From an uncultured delta proteobacterium (GTDB lineage Bacteria; Desulfobacterota; Desulfomonilia; UBA1062), in NCBI GenBank assembly GCA_963752595.1, contig CAVVYZ010000028.1, positions 1 through 28,368 on the forward strand: 28,368 nt of DNA. Reading direction: 5' to 3'. Of the stretch, positions 21,821 to 28,368 are shown one piece after another (position 1 is the stretch's first letter; each line of letters opens with the position of its first letter). Below the pieces are notes generated by a model. That model did not search any database, was not told where the DNA came from, and was given only the letters and a program-made list of their open reading frames with translations. The translations under genes were made by a program, and so were the position numbers.

Positions 21821-23953
21821 ATGTCTGAGAATCCTCTTCATAAGATAATGAACCCGGCCTCCATTTCCATTACCGGCGCGAGCAACAACTTCAGAAAATG
21901 GGCACGATCCAGCTGCTGAACCTCATAAAAAGCGGGTTCACCGGTGAGATCATGCCCATCCATCCCACGGAAAAGCAGGTTCTCGGAAAAAAGCAATGCA
22001 TCCCTCGGAAAGTTGCCCTTTGCCCCCGACCTTGCAATCCTCGTGGTGCCCACACGGCTCGTTCCTGAAATGCTCGAAGTTTCGGCAGACTCGGGACCCG
22101 CCCGGCAATCGTCATCACCGCGGGATTCAAGGAGACAGGCGATGAGGCCGCGCACTCGAAAAACGGATCCTCGAAATGCCGCCCGTTACGGCATCCGTTT
22201 TCTCGGGCCGAACTGCCTAGGCATCGTCAATACCAATCAGCCCCTCAACATCACGGTGAGCCCGATCCTCTCATCCGGCGGCCCCTTCAGCCTCGCATCC
22301 CAGAGCGGAACCTATATCGCCCAGACCCTGAGCTATCTCCACCAGAACGGGATCGCCTTCGGCAAGGCCATCAGCGTGGGCAACGAGGCGAACATCGATA
22401 TCGTCGACTGCATCGAATACCTGGGCGACGACGAAGAACCCATGCCATCGGGCTCTACATCGAAGGCGTACGCAATGCTGCACGGTTCCTGGAAACGGCC
22501 CGGAGGATCAGCGCGAAAAAGCCCATCGTCGCCCAGTATGTCGGGGGACCGAGGCAGGGGCCCGGTCGGGATCGAGCCATACCGGGGCAATGGCCGGGCC
22601 GAATTTCATCTATGACGGGCTCTTTGCCAGGCCGGAGTCATCCGGGTGGATACCATCGAAGAGGTGTACAAGATCGGCTGGGCCCTTGCCATAGCCCGCC
22701 GCTCAAGGGCCAACGTATCGCCGTGCTCACCAATTCCGGGGGGCCGGGTTCGGGGATAGCCACGACCTTCGACGCGCTAGGCCTGGACGTGCCTGAGTTC
22801 TCGCCGGAGATCCAGGACGGATAAGTAGGTTTCTTCCCGGCCATGCAAGCGCTCGCAACCCGGTGGACCTCACTTTCCACATAGGCATGGAAACCTCACC
22901 GAAAATATCCCCGAGGTCCTGTTCCACGCGGAACATCTTGACGGGGTGATCATCCACGGGATAATGGACACAGGGTTCATGGAACTCATGTACCGCTACG
23001 TCAAGGAATACCTGACATGTCCAGGGAAGACTTCCTCAAATTCCATGGAAACCCCTCACCTGGACACGCTCCTCAAGATGCCTGAGAAATTCGGCAAGCC
23101 GCTCATGATATCGTCATTCTTCGACCGGAGCGACCACTGCATCCGGGTCTTCCACGAACACGCCATCCCCTGCCTGGACTCGCCGGAAAAGGCGGCCAGG
23201 GCCATGGCGTGCTGTACCGGCATTCACTCGTCCGGGAGAAAGCCTCCACGACGAACCGGTACCCGCTGGGAGGCCTCTCCCCGCGGAGGCACCCGAGATC
23301 ATGGCCCGCCGGAAGGGGTCTGTGGTGGATGAGTCCACGGCTCACGAGATCCTGAGGCGTACGGCATCCCGCACGCACGGAGAGCACTGGCGCAGAGCAG
23401 ACGAGGCATGCTGCCGTGCAGGACATCGGCTGCCCCGTTGCGGTGAAGGCCTGCTCGGCAGCCATCGCCCACAAGACAGAGCAGAACCTCGTGTTCCTCG
23501 ACGTGAAGGACGAAGCGGGGCTTCACGATGCCTGCACGGCCATCCTGTCGCTACCGCCGGCGCGGACATCCTCGTGGCCCGGATGATCAAGGGCAGGCGC
23601 GAGCTCATGGCGGGCATGAGCCGGCACCCGGGTTCCCCTCCGTGCGTCATGTTCGGGCTCGGGGGTATCTTTGCCGAGGCCTTGAAAGACTTCACCATCC
23701 GGCTGGCTCCCTTCAACGTTTAAGACGCGCTGCGACATGATCGGCTCCATCCGCGCCCGCGCTCTCGTGGGCCCGTACCGCGGCATGGAGGCAGCCGACA
23801 GTGACGCGCTGGCCTCGATCCTGGTCCGTCTCGGTGATCTGGCCCTCGATTTCCCCTGTATAAAAGAGATAGATCTGAACCCTTCATCATCGCAGACGGC
23901 CGGCCCTTTATGCGGCGGATGCTGGGCTGATGATCCATCGAGAGGAGCGGTGA
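21821..23953 (+). CDS. NDP-forming acyl-CoA synthetase (acetate-CoA ligase family; CoA-binding + ATP-grasp), heavily frameshifted
   Basis: MNPASISITGASN, RFLGPNCLG, ASQSGT, ISVGNEANI, AVLTNSGGPG, NPVDLT, IAHKTE, VMFGLGGIFAEALKD and KEIDLNP motifs. Confidence 0.9.
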
Positions 23954-23955
23954 CG

Positions 23956-24365
23956 ATGGATATCAGCAAGAGAATCGAAGAAATGATTCGGAAAATCCCC
24001 CCAGAAGGGCTGTGCTTCCCTGCGCGGTGGCCCATTACATTGCTCCACTCCCTTGGCCATCACTCCCCGCGAAGTGGGGGATGTTTCTACGGCACTCAAG
24101 GTGAAGCTCGATCTGTGCCAGCTCGGCCTTTTCGGGTACGGCAGGAAAAACACCAAACGGGATACAAGATCCTCGACAGGCCCGTGGATGTGCCCGAGAA
24201 ACGTGTTAGCCATGATCAGGGCGGCCGTGAAGGACGGCAAGTGTTTCCTGCATGGACCTCTGGGTCATTGCCTGGGGGGAGACCGGCATCACCCGGCCCA
24301 AGGTGGGAAACGCCGCGAACTCCCTGGGAATCAAGGTGAGCCCCTGCCAGCTCGGGGCGATCGAT
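23956..24365 (+). CDS. Small hypothetical protein with two C-x(~30)-CQLG repeats (frameshifted; end approximate)
   Basis: GAGGAG SD before ATG 23956. Repeat 1: LPCAVAHYIA..ITPREVGDVSTALKVKLDLCQLGLF. Repeat 2: VSCMDLWVIA..TGITRPKVGNAANSLGIKVSPCQLGA. Confidence 0.75.
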
Positions 24366-24389
24366 CAGCGAGAAGTTTATTTAAACTAT

Positions 24390-24913
24390 TCAGGACTGAT
24401 AAAGAGTAAGCCTCGGCATCACCATGGCCAGGAGAACGCACTTGAGGGCGTCTCCGGGCAGGAAGACCAAGCCCGCCTTTAAGGCGAGCGTCACGGCCGC
24501 GGGCTTATTCAGAATAAAGGGGAAATATCACGCGAGGTACGGCACGCCCACAAGATAGACGGTGAACATGCCCGCAGCCAGAAGCCAGAGGACATTGCGC
24601 ACGGTCAGCGGCTGTTCCCTTCATGAGAGACCCGAGACGGCAGATGCCGCGATGAAACCGAGGAGATAGCCGAAGGTGGGGCTCATCACGTAGCCGGGAC
24701 CGCCGCCACCGGAGAACACCGGGAGCCCCATGAGGCCCATGAGGAGATAGACGGCCTGGCTCGTGGCCCCTGCCCTCGGCCCCAGCAGCATGCCGGACAT
24801 GACCACGAAGAGGTTCTGCATGGTGACGGGCACCGGGCCACCGGGAACCTGATGAATGCGCCTGCCGCGGTGAGCGCGGCGAAGACAGGGATGAGGGAAA
24901 GTTGGATGTTCAT
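24390..24913 (-). CDS. bioY: Biotin transporter BioY (frameshifted)
   Basis: FAALTAAGAFI, PVPVTMQNLFV, YLLMGLMGLPVFSGGGG, PTFGYLLGF and FLPGDALK motifs. Confidence 0.92.
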
Positions 24914-25041
24914 TCATGAAAACGCCCACATAAGACAACCAAATCATTGAGTAAAGAGGATTTTTCGTTGAAACGGGCAACGCTTCTGTATGATGAGGTC
25001 TGAGTTCTTACAATAAAGACATATTCATGTGGAGGTGCTGT

Positions 25042-25638
25042 ATGCCCGTACAGATCACATGGCTGGGACATGCGAGTGTCATGGTAGGAAGGCTCCGCAC
25101 CGTGTACATCGACCCCTGGAAAACTGGGGCGGACCGCCCAAAGCGGACTTCATCCTCATCACCCACGACCACTACGATCACTATTCCGACCATGACATCG
25201 AGGCTTCTTCCGAGGCTCCACCCGGATACGCGCCCTGCCCCTCCTCTGGTGACGGACATGATCTCCCCCGGGGAAACCATGAACATGGGCGTGATCATTT
25301 AGAGGCTGTCCCGGCATACAACATCGACAAGAATTTCCACCCCAGGTCGAACGGATGGGTGGGGTATGTGATGGTTGGCGGAAGAGGATCTACTATTCCG
25401 GCGATACGGACCATATCCCGAGATGAAAGGGCTGACGGTGGACCTGGCCCTCATTCCTGTGGGAGGAACATATACCATGAACGCGACGAGGCAGCCGGGG
25501 CCGTGGAGACATGTGCGCGCGTCGCCATTCCCATCCATTTCGGCGACATCGTGGCACGAGGAAGATGCGGAGAAATTGCGAGGATCTCAAAAGGAGATGC
25601 ACATCCTTGACCCGGGAGAGGCATATACGCTCGCATGA
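25042..25638 (+). CDS. MBL-fold metallo-hydrolase (frameshifted)
   Basis: GGAGG SD; ITWLGHAS, VYIDPW, ADFILITHDHYDH, AVPAYN...FHP, GDT, LIPVGGTYTM and AIPIHFG motifs. Confidence 0.9.
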
Positions 25639-25644
25639 GAAGAA

Positions 25645-27551
25645 ATGGATATAGTCCGCAATCAGATAAAGATCATTTTCGACACGGCGCCGTTTGCCGT
25701 GTGTGCCTTCGATGCCAGCGGGACGGTCATCTACATCAACCCCCTCCTGGAATCGAACATCGAACCCGGTGCGCTTCCCTTCGTGGGCCAGTCCCTCTAC
25801 GAGCTCATCCACAGGCTCCTCGTGGACGAGAGGCTCGAAAAAAACCTCAAGCGGCTCATCGAGACCGACAAGCCCTTCTCACTGATCGTGGAGACCCTGA
25901 GCTCCAAATTCGTTAAGGCCTCCGGCTTCATCAACATCATCGGCTACAAGCTCAGCGCCGTCTATATCCTCATCGGCGACTTCGTCAGCGGAGGCCTTTC
26001 CCGGGACAGCAGGTACCGCCAGCTCATCGAGGAAGCCCCCGACGCCATCATCATCATGAGCCACGGCGCCATCACCTTCTCCAACCCCGCGTTCAACTCC
26101 ATGATCGGCAACGCCGAAGAGGTACAGGGCAAGGAGATCTTCAGTTTCGTGGACGAAAAGGGCAAGGAGGATCTCGAGGCTGAAGGAGAACTGTGCCAAG
26201 GGCTTCTTCCCCGGTTCAACATGAAGACCCCAAGAGGCGTCAAGATCCTCGAGGGCAATTTCCATTTCATCGAGGAGAGGCCCGGCACGTCCATCGCCCT
26301 GCTGCGGGACGTCACGGAAAAGGTCGCGCTGGAACGGCGCCTCCTGAGGCAGAACCAGGACCTCGCCGCCGTCAACCTGATCTCCAAGACCCTGAGCTCG
26401 TCCATCAACCTGGAAGAAGTGCTCCAGAACACCCTCGGCCAGGTACTCCAGATCATGAACATCGAGACCGGATGGATCTACCTCCTGGACGACCGGAAGC
26501 AGGTTCTAGTGGCCTACGCCTACGGCATCCCTGCGGATGTTGTCCAGACCATCAAGGAGCTCAAGATGGCGAGGGCATTGCCGGCCGGGTCGCGGAAAAG
26601 GGCGAGCCCATCATCATCGAGAACGCCTCCGAAGACCAGCGGATCAACTCGCTGCCTTCAAGAAGCAGGGGATCAAGTCCTTTGCATCCATCCCCCTCTA
26701 TTCTAGGACGCGCATCATCGGCGTGATGAACATCGGCTCCTTCGGCGAGAGGACCATCTCGCCGGACGACGAGCGGCTGCTCATCACCATCGGGGTGCAC
26801 ATGGGAACGGTGATGGAAAACATCCTGCTGTTCCAGGAGATCGCCAACACCTCGAAAGAGCTGAAAGACGCCCTGAGCCTGATCCGGCAGAGGAACGAGG
26901 AGCTCCGCACCCTCGTGTCCACGGTGTCTCACGACCTCAAGAACCCCATCATCGCCATCAACGGTTTCTGCGACCGGTTCATCAAGACCGCGGGCCCCAA
27001 GCTCAACGAAAAGGAAATGGAGTATCTCCATGCGATCCAGGACAGCGGCAAGCACATGGAGAAGTTCGTTTCGAACCTCCTGACCCTCTCCGCGGTGGAA
27101 AGCCTGAAGCTCAAGAAGGAAGAGTTCCCGGTCACGCTCATCGACGAGATCTCCCGCGAGGTGGCACCCAGCTCGACGAGAAGAAGGGCACGATCACCAT
27201 CGACGCCCCTGCCAAGATCAAGGCGGACCGGGTAAGGCTCATGCAGATATTCTCGAACCTCATCTCCAACTCCATCAAGTATTCGAGCCAGGAGCGCGAT
27301 CTCATGATCCGCATCGGCTACCAGGAGAAGCCGAACACCCATGTCTTCTCCGTGAAGGACAACGGCATGGGCATCCAGAAGGAGTACCTCGACAACATCT
27401 TCGACATCTTCTTCAGGCGCACGAAGGCCACGCAGAGGGCACCGGCATCGGCCTCTCCATCGTGAAGAAGGCGGTGAACGTCATGGGCGGAGAGATCTGG
27501 GTCAACTCGGAGAAGGACGAGGGCACGGTCTTCTACTTCTCGCTGCCCTGA
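25645..27551 (+). CDS. Cytoplasmic PAS/PAS/GAF sensor histidine kinase (frameshifted)
   Basis: PAS segments (YRQLIEEAPDAII, RDVTEK); GAF (SSSINLEEVL, SFASIPL); H-box VSHDLKNP; N-box FSNLISNSIKY; G1 DNGMGI; G2 GTGIGLSIVKK...GTVFYFSLP. Confidence 0.92.
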
Positions 27552-27620
27552 AGAAAAAGCATCCCCCTCCCACACCCCAACAGAAACTAACAAGCGCCTC
27601 AGGTTTTTGCCACATTCCTC

Positions 27621-27649
27621 TTGACACCATGCGGGGCGACCGGTATATT
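27621..27649 (+). promoter_or_regulatory. Sigma70 promoter of the tRNA
   Basis: TTGACA-N17-TATATT, 13 nt upstream of the tRNA. Confidence 0.75.
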
Positions 27650-27662
27650 CCAAACTGTTGAT

Positions 27663-27737
27663 GGGCCGCTAGCTCAGGGGGAGAGCGCTACCTTCACACG
27701 GTAGAAGTCGAAGGTTCAAATCCTTCGCGGCCCACCA
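27663..27737 (+). tRNA. tRNA-Val (anticodon CAC)
   Basis: GGGCCGC/GCGGCCC acceptor stem; AGCTCAG D-arm; CTACC-TTCACAC-GGTAG anticodon arm; GAAGG-TTCAAAT-CCTTC T-arm; encoded CCA. Confidence 0.98.
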
Positions 27738-27750
27738 TTAATCCCTCTCA

Positions 27751-27957
27751 TTATAATCGTATGAAAAATGGAAGTATTATCAGCAGGATCCCAATGAGGA
27801 TAAACAGATAAACATTTTGAATTAAATACGGATAAATACAAAGGGCAATTCCTGAAAATAGCGCGACACCCTTCCTCTGCTTCTTGCCATAGACAATATA
27901 TCCCATACCGAATGACCCGAACAAAACACTTAATAGAAGCCAGGTGGAAGTATCCAT
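27751..27957 (-). CDS. Small membrane protein (68 aa, 2-3 TM segments)
   Basis: LFGSFGMGYIVYGKKQ...LCIYPY pattern; hydrophobic; AAGGGG SD. Confidence 0.8.
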   Translation of the reverse strand: MDTSTWLLLSVLFGSFGMGYIVYGKKQRKGVALFSGIALCIYPYLIQNVYLFILIGILLIILPFFIRL

Positions 27958-28270
27958 GGTATCCCCTTATTCCTGAAATCGACGAGTAATATTTCGGTAT
28001 TTGAGTTCCTGAGCATTAAAATTCCAGCCGTCGCAGACAGCCACTCCCGGCTCCCGGCAATGTTTCATCCACTGCCCATCGTTTTTCTGATCAACCGATT
28101 GGGACGGCTGCCCTGCAGATATTCCGGCGAAGATAACCTATATCTCGATAGAGCCCGAAGTTACAATGTACCTGAATGCGCTTCTGTTCGCGGCCGCCGA
28201 CCTGACATGACTTGAATAGAAAGATTATAAGCTTATTTTCTTTTTGTATAATCCCAAAGGGAGGTGAATT

Positions 28271-28368
28271 ATGGCAGTTTCCGGAAAATATGGTAATGTC
28301 TCAATCCCGCATGTAAGCGATAATGAACCGGTATTTATCCTCAGGGCACAGGACAGGCTGGCCCTGGC
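28271..28368 (+). CDS. Hypothetical protein (5' part only)
   Basis: Strong AAGGGAGGTG SD; MAVSGKYGNVSIPHVSDNEPVFILRAQDRLAL is open to the window end. Confidence 0.7.
   Translation, partial: MAVSGKYGNVSIPHVSDNEPVFILRAQDRLAL

Noticed and set aside
24914-25030. BirA operator upstream of bioY
   Set aside because: Only a half-site-like GACAACC is present, with no correctly spaced inverted partner.
27966-28208. Possible small minus-strand ORF (…VIFAGISAGQPSQSVDQKNDGQWMKHCREPG…RRFQE)
   Set aside because: It is interrupted by a TAG and has no clear start, SD or recognisable family.

Overview
This is a Gram-negative bacterial chromosomal window, probably deltaproteobacterial/Desulfobacterota-like (inferred from gene families only). 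Many genes carry single-base frameshifts that look like long-read indel errors. Left to right it holds: a truncated secreted Trp-rich protein (-); a roughly 8.7 kb cyclic beta-1,2-glucan synthase gene (cgs/ndvB); moaC, a FmdB zinc-ribbon protein, an HExxH protein and the DAHP synthase aroF (all -); a cobalamin riboswitch plus BtuB-like TonB receptor; an aroC, aroKB, TPR, aroQ, M24 peptidase, efp, accB, lipoate-ligase cluster; a TVP38 membrane protein; an NDP-forming acyl-CoA synthetase; a CQLG-repeat protein; bioY; an MBL hydrolase; a PAS/GAF histidine kinase; tRNA-Val(CAC); and two small ORFs. The best finding lies below the ORF-track cutoff. It is a 24-codon, apparently leaderless uORF ([24 protein letters not shown]) upstream of aroF, with 8 aromatic codons in 9. 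It is coupled to mutually exclusive antiterminator and terminator hairpins, and so is a candidate ribosome-mediated attenuator that senses Tyr, Phe and Trp together.
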